Positions 7,641 through 16,700 of a stretch of DNA of 51,901 nt are shown here, piece after piece (within the stretch, counting starts at the first letter, position 1; the number at the start of each line of letters is the position of its first letter). Below the pieces are notes generated by a model. The model was given only the letters and a program-made list of their open reading frames with translations, ran no database searches and was not told the DNA's origin. Source of the DNA: Bacteroidota bacterium (lineage in GTDB: Bacteria > Bacteroidota > Ignavibacteria > Kapaibacteriales > Kapaibacteriaceae); the NCBI GenBank assembly GCA_041157865.1, contig JBEBCJ010000134.1, positions 1 through 51,901 of the forward strand, given 5' to 3'. Both the position numbers and the translations under genes were made by a program.

Positions 7641-8810
7641 ATGCATGTTGTCATCATCGGTAATGGTGTTGCCGGAGTTACGGCCGCGCGCACATTGCGT
7701 GAGCTTAGTGATCACGAAGTAACGATCGTATCAGGTGAAGCCCCTTACCATTTCTCGCGTCCTGCGATGATGTATGTCTCGCTCGGACAGCTTAAGCGTG
7801 AGCACATTCAGCCCTATCGCAATGAAGAGTGGGATAGGATGGGCATACGGCTTGTGCATGATACATGTGTGCACATCGATGCGCAGCGCAAGACCTGCAG
7901 TTTGAGCAGCGGAATAACCATGCAGGCTGATGCTATTGTGCTTGCAACGGGCGCAAGGCCACGATTACTCGAGACATCGATTGCATCGTATCGCACGGTG
8001 CTCACGTACTCCCGGCTGTCAGATATTGATGCACTTGAGGCGGCCATGCACAGCTGCAAGCGTGCGGCAGTAGTGGGAGGAGGTCTGATTGGCGCAGAGG
8101 TTGCCGAGATTCTCGTGGGCCATGGGATTCCAACCACATGGTTTATCCGTGAATCCGGAGTCTACAGGAGTCATCTTCCAGAAAAAGAGTCAGAGTTTCT
8201 CACAGATCATGTTCGAAGGCGCGGTATCGACGTGCGCACCAATGTGTTGGTCTCATCTGACGAAATCCTTGAAGATGCAGACCTCGTTGTGGTCGCCATA
8301 GGCATGGAACCGAGCACGTCGTTAGCTGAGCAGGCAGGGATTACTTGCGCCACTGGCATCGTCGTCAACGAAACGTTCGAGACAAGTGCCAAGGGAGTCT
8401 TTGCCGTAGGAGATTGTGCCCAACTACCGTGGGGGAACAGTCAAGGATGGTATGTTGGACGAGAGCATGGAGCAACACTTGCGGCAATCCTGACCGGGCA
8501 ATCGTCGGAATATCTGCCATCACTTTACTACAACAGTGCCAAGTTCTTTGATGTGGAATGGCAGGTCTACGGTACAGTTCCACGGGATGATGCCAACACG
8601 TTCGTGTGGATGGATTTACAGCGGCCGCGTTGTCTGCGTATTGCGCACACCACAGATGGTTCGGTCGTTGGAGTGCATGCCTTGGGCATGCGTCTTCGCC
8701 AAAGCATCTGCAACGAGTGGATCATGCAAGGCCGTGATGAGGAGTATGTCCGACGAAACATAGGTGATGCGCTATTCGATCCACAGCTTTCAACAAGGGT
8801 GTGTCTATGA
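7641..8810 (+). CDS. NAD(P)/FAD-dependent pyridine nucleotide-disulfide-family oxidoreductase
   Basis: 389 aa. The first dinucleotide fold is MHVVIIGNGVAGVTAA and the second is AAVVGGGLIGAEVAE. A late GD motif (VFAVGDCA) is present. Confidence 0.85.
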   Translation: MHVVIIGNGVAGVTAARTLRELSDHEVTIVSGEAPYHFSRPAMMYVSLGQLKREHIQPYRNEEWDRMGIRLVHDTCVHIDAQRKTCSLSSGITMQADAIVLATGARPRLLETSIASYRTVLTYSRLSDIDALEAAMHSCKRAAVVGGGLIGAEVAEILVGHGIPTTWFIRESGVYRSHLPEKESEFLTDHVRRRGIDVRTNVLVSSDEILEDADLVVVAIGMEPSTSLAEQAGITCATGIVVNETFETSAKGVFAVGDCAQLPWGNSQGWYVGREHGATLAAILTGQSSEYLPSLYYNSAKFFDVEWQVYGTVPRDDANTFVWMDLQRPRCLRIAHTTDGSVVGVHALGMRLRQSICNEWIMQGRDEEYVRRNIGDALFDPQLSTRVCL

Positions 8811-9850
8811 CACCATTACAGATTACGATACCCACCGAAGCTGTGAATTCTGTACCCATGACATCATCGCTGCGCAATAGAGGATGGCAGGCATATGGGC
8901 TCGGCATCATACTAACGACGCTATATGCCATTGTTTACTGGCGGCCCGAGACGTTTGGTGCGCCGCAGACAGTCTGGTTTTGGTACAGCGCAGGCTACAC
9001 GCTTGTGGTATGCATCTTTGGTATCAAGAAGATCATTGACTATCGCAACGAGCGCTATCATGTGCTTCGCACAGTCTCTCTCGTTGCGGTTCAGCTGCTG
9101 CTCGCATTCATACTGCCGAACATGCTTCGCCACAGCGGACATGGCGAGTTTTACTTCAGCTACTTTTGGCCCTTGAAGCCCGAGTATCTTTTCCCATCAA
9201 CGCTGCATTCACTCATCGACAGTCCAGATAGGATTCGTGTCTTTATGGGATGGTGGAGTGTGATCATGCTTGTTGTTGCAACGCCCGTGCTGACATACTT
9301 CTATGGCAAGCGCTGGTATTGTTCATGGGTCTGTGGATGCGGAGCGTTGGCCGAGACAGCCGGAGATGCATTCCGACATCTCAGCAGTAAAAGCCCCCTT
9401 TCGTGGACGATTGAGAGGTGGACGATCTACCCAGTGCTGGTTGTGATTTCGATCATCACCGCGCTGTTATGGTATCTCGATGTAAATCCCAACCCCACCT
9501 TCGAGACATACGTTACCTCTGCAAACAGGATCTATGGTTTCGTCATAGGTGGACTGTTCTCAGGCGTGGTTGGTGTAGGCTTCTATCCGATCCTGGGCTC
9601 ACGCGTGTGGTGCCGATTTGGATGCCCAATGGCTGCGCTGCTTGGATTGCTGCAGAAGTATGCATCGCGGTTCCGCATTGAGGCGAATCAAGGCCAGTGC
9701 ATTTCCTGCGGCAACTGCAGCACATACTGCGAGATGGGCATCGACGTGCGCTCTTATGCCCAAGAGGGCAAGGACATCAAACGCGCATCATGTGTGGGTT
9801 GCGGGGTGTGTGTAAGCGTTTGCCCGAGGGGAGTTCTTCGTGCTTCTTAA
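8807..9850 (+). CDS. Membrane-bound 4Fe-4S polyferredoxin, NapH/MauN-like
   Basis: The ATG at 8807 overlaps the upstream stop (ATGA); the track start at 8801 is GTG. It has several TM helices, then CSWVCGCG and CRFGCP motifs and two ferredoxin motifs, CISCGNCSTYC and CVGCGVCVSVCP. Confidence 0.85.
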   Translation: MTPLQITIPTEAVNSVPMTSSLRNRGWQAYGLGIILTTLYAIVYWRPETFGAPQTVWFWYSAGYTLVVCIFGIKKIIDYRNERYHVLRTVSLVAVQLLLAFILPNMLRHSGHGEFYFSYFWPLKPEYLFPSTLHSLIDSPDRIRVFMGWWSVIMLVVATPVLTYFYGKRWYCSWVCGCGALAETAGDAFRHLSSKSPLSWTIERWTIYPVLVVISIITALLWYLDVNPNPTFETYVTSANRIYGFVIGGLFSGVVGVGFYPILGSRVWCRFGCPMAALLGLLQKYASRFRIEANQGQCISCGNCSTYCEMGIDVRSYAQEGKDIKRASCVGCGVCVSVCPRGVLRAS

Positions 9851-11346
9851 CGAACGCCATACCACTGTTTGGCGTCTTGCTTCATCTGCACAAGCTCTGT
9901 TTTGAGCAAATACATCATGTGTCCGGCCTTGTAGTACGACATGCTCACGTTCTTGCGCAATGGTTCTGGCAGACCAAGATGCGAGAAGGTATACTCAGTG
10001 CCATAGAATGGTGTTGCTAGGTCGTAGTATCCATTGAGCACCCACACTCGAAGAGAGGGATTCATCTGAACGGCGTTTCGAAGACGCGGTCCCACGTTGA
10101 GGTACTCATTCTGAACATTGGAATAATCCCACGGCCAGACGCGTCCGGTAAGCACTTCATAGGGAAGTGTGGTCTTCACGCCGAGCTCGCGTGTGAGATA
10201 ATCGTTGATGCAAGTTGAAAAGCACCCAGCAATCGTTGGATGGTGTGATGGATCGCGCTCCATGGACTCACCTAAACGGTCTGCGATCGTTCCAGTGTAG
10301 CGGCTGTCGAATCGACCGATCACTTGCCCCCTGTCGCGGAGAAGCTCCTGGCAGAAGCGAAAGATGATAGGACGCAGTTCTGCCTTATCGAGATACTCCC
10401 GCGACAGACCGGTAAAACGTGCGAGCTTTTCGATGGTCGTGGTCCGCTCCTCAGTTGTCATCATCCACCCCTTCATAAGCATCTGCGTATAGGTTGTGCT
10501 TGCAAAGACACGTGCAGCTTCTACGACTGCCTCGAGCGGCATTGCCTGCAAGTCTGGTGGAAGGCGCTTATGGTACCATGCAGATGCGGTGTAGGTAGGA
10601 AGGAATGTTGCAAAGGGTAGGTCGTTGCCGTCGTTGAAGTCAATGGTCTGGAAGTTCAACACAGCGCTCACGAGGATCACACCGTTGAGATACATCCCGA
10701 ACTTTGACTGTAAGTGCTCAGAGAGTGCACTTGCTCGCGTGGTTCCGTATGACTCACCGATCAGGTATTTCGGAGAGGACCATCGCTTGTTATCCGAAAC
10801 CCAACGACGGATGAACTCGCCAACCGACTCAATGTCCTGATTGTATCCATGGAATTGTTTGGCCGACTTATCATCTGCGGCACGGGAGAAACCAGTACTC
10901 ACAGGGTCGATAAAGACCATGTCTGTTAGGTCAAGCCATGACTGGTCATTATCTACGAGTTTGTACGGTGGCGGCAGCGTCGTGCCGTCATCGTTCATCA
11001 GTACACGGCGCGGGCCCAGTACGCCAAGATGCAGCCAAACGCTTGACGAACCTGGTCCACCGTTGAAGGAGAATGTCAGGGGGCGAGCAGCTGCATCAGA
11101 GACACCACTTTTCGTATAGGCTATAAAAAACACATTCGCTCTCAGCGTTCCATCTTCCTGTACGAGCTTCAAATGACCAACAGTAGTTTGATAGTCGATC
11201 TTCTTTCCATCGATCGTGATGCTGTGACTTGTTGTCGTAGGCTCGTGAATGATAGGGACAACTGCCTTGGGCGGCTTTTCATCCTCGCCTGCACGCAGCA
11301 CGAGGCATTGGATAACGAGTAGCGAGAGAGTAAGCAGGTGCTTCAT
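9847..11346 (-). CDS. Secreted serine carboxypeptidase, peptidase family S10
   Basis: Contains FSFNGGPGSSSVWLHLG and the catalytic Ser motif IGESYGTTRA. The signal peptide MKHLLTLSLLVIQCLVLRAG begins at the second ATG (11346), 4 nt from the upstream stop. The longer ORF reaches 11376. Confidence 0.85.
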   Translation of the reverse strand: MKHLLTLSLLVIQCLVLRAGEDEKPPKAVVPIIHEPTTTSHSITIDGKKIDYQTTVGHLKLVQEDGTLRANVFFIAYTKSGVSDAAARPLTFSFNGGPGSSSVWLHLGVLGPRRVLMNDDGTTLPPPYKLVDNDQSWLDLTDMVFIDPVSTGFSRAADDKSAKQFHGYNQDIESVGEFIRRWVSDNKRWSSPKYLIGESYGTTRASALSEHLQSKFGMYLNGVILVSAVLNFQTIDFNDGNDLPFATFLPTYTASAWYHKRLPPDLQAMPLEAVVEAARVFASTTYTQMLMKGWMMTTEERTTTIEKLARFTGLSREYLDKAELRPIIFRFCQELLRDRGQVIGRFDSRYTGTIADRLGESMERDPSHHPTIAGCFSTCINDYLTRELGVKTTLPYEVLTGRVWPWDYSNVQNEYLNVGPRLRNAVQMNPSLRVWVLNGYYDLATPFYGTEYTFSHLGLPEPLRKNVSMSYYKAGHMMYLLKTELVQMKQDAKQWYGVR

Positions 11347-11350
11347 ATGG

Positions 11351-12502
11351 TTAGAGTCCACGTGTTGATTCTTCATGAATGTACTTTGCTACTTCGGTCA
11401 AGCTGCCTGTCTCACGGAAAACCCGGAGCTGCCGGTCTGCACCCGAGCCCATCTCCATGATCTCGTAGATGTATTCAACATGCTGTCGTGAACCAAGGTC
11501 GTCTACAACGTCGTCTACAAACAGCAAAAGCTCCTTGATCAATTCGCGGGCAGGCATCTCACGCTGACGTCCCCAGTCGATGAGCTTGCCATCTAACCCA
11601 TAGCGCACTGCACGCCACTTGTTCTCCATAAGCAGTGACCGACGATACTCACGGAAAGACAGGTTCTTTTCATACAACGAGTACAGTTTTGCGGCTACCG
11701 CTTGGCATATAGCGGCGATAGCAATCGTTTCCTCAATGCGCATCGGCAGGTCGCAGATCCGAACCTCGAGTGTAGGGAAGAATGGATGCGGACGAATGTC
11801 CCACCAGATCTTCTTCGCGTTATCGATTGAGCCTGTTTTGACCAGCAGATTGACGTAATTCTGGTACTCACCGTAGCTCGAAAACAAGTCTGGCAATGCT
11901 GTACGTGGGAATCGTTCAAAGATCTTTGAACGGTATGACTTAAGCCCCGTATCAATGCCCTCCCAAAACGGAGAGTTGGTGCTAATGGCCAGGATGTGCG
12001 GCATAAAGTAGCGCATCTCGTTCATGAGCTGGATCTGTACTTCACGATTCTCGATACCGATATGAACATGCATTCCGAAGATCAGCAGCGATCGCGCCAA
12101 CACCTGCATGTCTTCGACTAGAATCTTGTAGCGTTCGTCTGGGTAGATCTCTTGGTCTTCCCAACGTGCGAACGGGTGCGTCGATGCTGCCCCGATACAG
12201 AGACCATTCTGCTTTGCCAGATTCGATACGATGCCACGGATCTTCTTGACCTCTGCATAGGCTTCCGAGGCATTCTTGCAAATCCCTGTGCCGATCTCGA
12301 GCATCGAACCATGCATTTCAGGCTTAATGTGCTCGTGAAGAACCTCTTGCCCCTTGCTCAAGAGTCCTAGTTCAACGTGTGACTTCAAGTCATACGTTAC
12401 GGGGTCAAGAACCATGTACTCTTCTTCGATACCCAACGTAAAGCTCGGACGCTCATACGGATTGGAGGGGTCGAACGATATTCCTACGTCTTCTGATGCC
12501 AT
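11351..12502 (-). CDS. ybdK: Carboxylate-amine ligase, YbdK / glutamate-cysteine ligase family 2
   Basis: 383 aa. Contains FTLGIEEEYMVLDP, GMHVHIGI and other motifs characteristic of GCS2. Confidence 0.9.
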   Translation of the reverse strand: MASEDVGISFDPSNPYERPSFTLGIEEEYMVLDPVTYDLKSHVELGLLSKGQEVLHEHIKPEMHGSMLEIGTGICKNASEAYAEVKKIRGIVSNLAKQNGLCIGAASTHPFARWEDQEIYPDERYKILVEDMQVLARSLLIFGMHVHIGIENREVQIQLMNEMRYFMPHILAISTNSPFWEGIDTGLKSYRSKIFERFPRTALPDLFSSYGEYQNYVNLLVKTGSIDNAKKIWWDIRPHPFFPTLEVRICDLPMRIEETIAIAAICQAVAAKLYSLYEKNLSFREYRRSLLMENKWRAVRYGLDGKLIDWGRQREMPARELIKELLLFVDDVVDDLGSRQHVEYIYEIMEMGSGADRQLRVFRETGSLTEVAKYIHEESTRGL

Positions 12503-12593
12503 GGAGTTCTGTATCCTTTACAAGTGCTCGAAGATAGGCACTTCAACTTCCGACTGCAACGAATCGCGCAGATGTTCGTCGTATACTTGCGAT

Positions 12594-13076
12594 ATGGCAG
12601 AATTCAGTATCGAAGGTAATGGCAGACTCGAGCGCACGGCCGTCTATTTTAACGGACAGCAGCTCGATGGTGTGCGCGAAGTGTTCGTTAACATCAGCGA
12701 GGATGGGGAGTTTGACGTATTGCTGATGTACGTTGGTTCAGATGGACAGTCCTACACGAAGAACGTGTTTACGGATTATTTGGACAACATCCAGACAGAG
12801 CCTGCGGGCTTTACCGAGGAAGAAGCGCAGAGTCTGAATCTTTTGACCATCGTAAGCGACGGAACCCTTGACTCGACTGTTGTGGCGCGCAATCACGAGG
12901 AGCAGTTCGGAATTGTGCAGCTGTACGTGCATATCAAAGCACCATCAGTTCAGGATGGAGGGGGCATGCGCAGCTGGTTCGGGGGCGCGAAGAGTATCCC
13001 AGAGCGCGCAGAGTTCGTAGCCGAGATAACGTATCGTGAAGACAATGGTGAACTGACCACGGAAGGTGTATTCTAG
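12594..13076 (+). CDS. Hypothetical cytoplasmic protein with an internal duplication
   Basis: The ATG at 12594 is in frame with track ORF 12354-13076; the upstream part would overlap the ybdK start region. 160 aa. FSIEGNGRLERTAVYFNGQQLDGVREVFVNISE aligns with LTIVSDGTLDSTVVARNHEEQFGIVQLYVHIKA. No family recognised. Confidence 0.6.
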   Translation: MAEFSIEGNGRLERTAVYFNGQQLDGVREVFVNISEDGEFDVLLMYVGSDGQSYTKNVFTDYLDNIQTEPAGFTEEEAQSLNLLTIVSDGTLDSTVVARNHEEQFGIVQLYVHIKAPSVQDGGGMRSWFGGAKSIPERAEFVAEITYREDNGELTTEGVF

Positions 13077-13077
13077 T

Positions 13078-13761
13078 ATGAAACGTTTGATTGCAGTTGC
13101 GGCACTCATGATCGCTCTCGCATCGTGGGTTGTACCCGCAGACCTACTTGCTCAGCGAAGAGGCGGCTCATTTGGTGGTAGCCGCGGCGGTGGCTACAGC
13201 AGGAGCTTTGGCAGGAGTTCCGGCAGAAGCTTTGGAGGCGGTTCACGCTCGTTTGGCGGCAGTCGCACCTCGCCGAATCGTCCAGCTGGACCTTCGCAGC
13301 GGGGGAGTGGGTATACTGCGCCTACAGCGAAGAACTCGTTTGGTGGCTCTCGAATGTCACGTCCGGCCGACTACACTGGCCGCTACGGTGTGCCGCGTTC
13401 TACCGAACGGCGCACCATGCCGGGCGCAAATGGCACGCAGAACAATTATGTCATCAACCGATATGGCGGCATGGGTGATGGCTTTATGATGGGCTATATG
13501 ATGGGTAGTATCCCGTGGTATTGGTCCATGCCATTTCACCCAGCATACTATTACTCACGTCCACACACGGTTGTTAATCCCGATGGTTCTACAGGTGTGT
13601 ATCCAGGAACGTTCCAATGGGGATCGCTCATAATGACACTCCTAGTGATTGGTGCGATCGGCTTCGTGGTCTATATATGGCTCAAAAACAAACGTCGCCG
13701 CCTGAGTTACGCACAGGCGTATGATTCAGACGACGACGCTCGCAAAAGTTCGTTTATGTAA
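13078..13761 (+). CDS. Exported, C-terminally membrane-anchored Gly/Ser/Arg-rich low-complexity protein
   Basis: The ATG at 13078 lies 1 nt after the upstream TAG, with GGAAGG 11 nt upstream. Signal peptide MKRLIAVAALMIALASWVVPADLLAQ. SFGG/RGG repeats follow (GGSFGGSRGGGYSRSFGRSSGRSFGGGSRSFGGSR), then a Met/Tyr/Gly-rich block, a TM helix (LIMTLLVIGAIGFVVYIWL) and a basic-acidic tail. Confidence 0.65.
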   Translation: MKRLIAVAALMIALASWVVPADLLAQRRGGSFGGSRGGGYSRSFGRSSGRSFGGGSRSFGGSRTSPNRPAGPSQRGSGYTAPTAKNSFGGSRMSRPADYTGRYGVPRSTERRTMPGANGTQNNYVINRYGGMGDGFMMGYMMGSIPWYWSMPFHPAYYYSRPHTVVNPDGSTGVYPGTFQWGSLIMTLLVIGAIGFVVYIWLKNKRRRLSYAQAYDSDDDARKSSFM

Positions 13762-13779
13762 GGGGCTCACAAGCCCCTT
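13760..13779. terminator. Bidirectional terminator-like hairpin between convergent genes
   Basis: AAGGGGCT-caca-AGCCCCTT is a perfect 8-bp stem overlapping the TAA of the upstream gene. It sits in the 23-nt gap before the convergent S8 protease stop. Confidence 0.5.
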
Positions 13780-13784
13780 GTGTG

Positions 13785-16700
13785 TTATCGCGTGATCTCC
13801 AGAGTGGTAGACCGAACCGCCATGCCGTGCTGAAGAAGCAACTGGTAGCTGCCGATCGGCAGGCCGTCGAGCGGGATTGATGTTGTCCCAGCCTCGACTG
13901 GCAATGAAACAGCAATCTTCCCTTCGAGTGTTACGACACGGACGTGTGAGGGTGCCCCTACGGTAACCATTACGTGCGTTGCAGCTGGATTTGGCCACAC
14001 CTGAACTGCGCCCATCGCGAGTTGATCTTCCTGCACAGACGTTGGAATCAGCACTCTGGCAGTTAGTGGAAGTTCTATCACGGCGGGTGTGCCGTTGGAG
14101 CTAACTCGCAGCTTGGCGCTGTATGAACCCGTATCTGAAGCAGTGCAGCGCAGAGGTATTGTTATGGTGCTACCTGCGAGCACCGTTGTTTTTGGTGGAG
14201 TCGTGATTGAGAATGCAGCCGTTGGAGTTGTTCCCTGGGGAACGATATCAAATGCGCTGATCGTCAGGTCCGAGGTGCCGTTGTTGCGCACAGTGGCCGT
14301 GCGTGTGCGGTTCTGTCCCGGCTCCATGTTACCGAAGGCAACTTCAGTTGTCGTGAATATCGGAAGCTTCGGACCGTTGACGCCTGCATAGCGATATTGA
14401 AGAAGAGCGATTTCATTTCCACAGAAGACGATCGACGGACGGCTAACAACGTTTGCAGCCGTTGCGCGCACGCCAGAGACAGGCTTTGAAAGTACAGGCG
14501 TCCAGTCCTGACCGCTGTTATCCGATGCAAATGTCTCACCCTTGCTGCACACAAGCAGATGGTGGCCAGGGTTTGCCGCGACCATGATTGGCGTTACACC
14601 CCATGTGTTAATGTCAACGGCCACCGCTTTCCAGTTAAGTCCGCCGTTTGCTGAATAGGCCGTGCGATATGGCGCATCATTAGCGCTGCTTGTGCGATAC
14701 AAGAGCACGCCGTTTGTGCTGTCGCGAAACGCTATCGAAACAATCTTCGCTCCCGACACACCCAACGAGCCCTGTGCCCATGACTGTCCGCGATTGAGTG
14801 TATAGATGACACGTCCGGTTGATGTTCCGAACCAGACTGCATCGCCCCATGCTGAGACACTGCCAGGGATGATTGTTTCGTTTGTTGTGGAGATAGGAGA
14901 GCCAGTAGCCTGAGTCCATGCACCTCCGCCGTTTGTGGTGCGCCCAATACCAAACTTTCCGGCGACTGGGTTCCCAACGACAATGCCGTTGGTTGCATCG
15001 AACATGGTTATACCGACAACCGACGTGGCATATGCGCTGATGTCTGTCGTAGACCATGACCCGCCGCCATTTGTGGAGCGCGAGACCGACGCTTTGCCGC
15101 TGTTCTGTCCGCCGATGATCACCAAATTCGCATTGACGGCATCAAGAGCTGCTGCCGTGAACGGCGGGCTTACCAGACCTCCGTTCGCACCAACAGCACG
15201 GAGCATAGCGCGTTGGTTGAAGTATGTCCCGGTTGCATACAGCGAGCCGTCATCTGTGTAATCGATCTTGTCCCATGTAGCTCCCGGCACAGCGGCTATC
15301 ATGCTGAATGCATTGGATGTCGGCAGCTCTACAGGGATCTCGACGATCTCATGATTTGTATACGTACCGCTACTGATGGCCAGCGAAACACGTATAGAGT
15401 GCGAATACCATGGGAATCGCTGATCCAGCTGAACATCAAACGAGGCAGTGCCTTCGGCATTGCGTGCAAGGTTGCCAAGCGCGATGGAGCTTGTCGTGAA
15501 CTGCTTTACCTGACCGTCAAGAATCGTTGGTGTTACCATTACGCTTGCTGCATCAGCAAGTACATTTTTGAGCACGATCTTGATTGTCGTGCGATCGTAT
15601 GTGGTGATCTTACCCGTGGCAGACCCACCGATGGTAGCCGAAGAGAGCATAATGCCCGGCATTCGGTCGCCCGCTGTAAACGATGCATTTGTGCGCAACG
15701 CCCGTTCGGCATTGATTCGTCCCCAATAGAGCGGACGGTTGGCAGCTGATACACCAACCATCATGTCCACGGTTCCACGAAGCTGGGCATAGATCATCTC
15801 AGGCGTCCAATCAGGATGTAGCGACTTGACAAGTCCCGCAACCCCAGCAGCCAAGGGGCTTGCAAAGGAGGTGCCGGTTAGCCCGCGATACTGGTTGCCA
15901 TGGTACGTGCTTAAGATGTTTTCGCCGGGAGCATACACCGCTACGTTCATGCCGTAGTTTGAAAAGTCTGAAACTCGATTACCGCTGCCGTGCGAGCCCA
16001 CGCTCAGCACTCCGTCAAGACTTGAGGGGGACTGCAGGTACGAATCATTGTTGAGTCCGTCGTTGCCCGAGGCAGCGACAACAAGAGCCCCTTTGGCCGT
16101 TGCATAGTCGATGATGTCTTGTGCACCAGGATCGATACCGGGCCCACCCCATGAGCAGTTGATAATGTCAGCTCCGAGATCTGCTGCATAGGCGATGGCA
16201 TCATAGCCGCGCAACAGACCGCGCACTGATGGGTTGTCTGAGCCGATCTTGATGGGAATGATCTTGCAGTTGTAGCCGCTGCTGGCAACGCCCTTGGCAT
16301 TATTCGTTGTTGCGCCTGAGCAGCCGGCCACCACAGTACCGTGGCCGTTGTTGTCGTTTACGGAAACGCCGGTTACGATACGGGCATCATTATCGGGCTT
16401 GATGATCCCTGACTGCGCCTCTGCACTTGTGATGTTGCCGACGAAGTCCCAGCCTCGCACGTCATCAACATAGCCGTTACCATCGTCGTCCTTGTTGTTG
16501 GCTGGAATCTCCTTCGGATTCGTCCAGATATTGGCAGTAAGGTCTTCGTGCTGCCAGTCAGTGCCGGAATCAACGATGGCGATGACGACCGTGGCCGACC
16601 CCTTGTTCAGGTCCCACGCCTTATCGAGGGCCATCTGCGGCAGCCATGGCTGTTGGGCATAGCGTGTGTCGTTCGGTGTGTGGTATAGTTGATGGATCCG

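Noticed and set aside
9847-9850. Convergent genes sharing overlapping stop codons (TTAA here, CTAG at 37733-37736) with no terminator.
   Set aside because: This reflects compact genome packing. It is common and carries no evident regulatory meaning.
13150-13340. Apparent tandem DNA repeats here and at 18040-18160.
   Set aside because: They are imperfect, stay in frame, and simply encode the SFGG/RGG and GPRDGD low-complexity peptide repeats. They are not a CRISPR, VNTR or mobile-element repeat.
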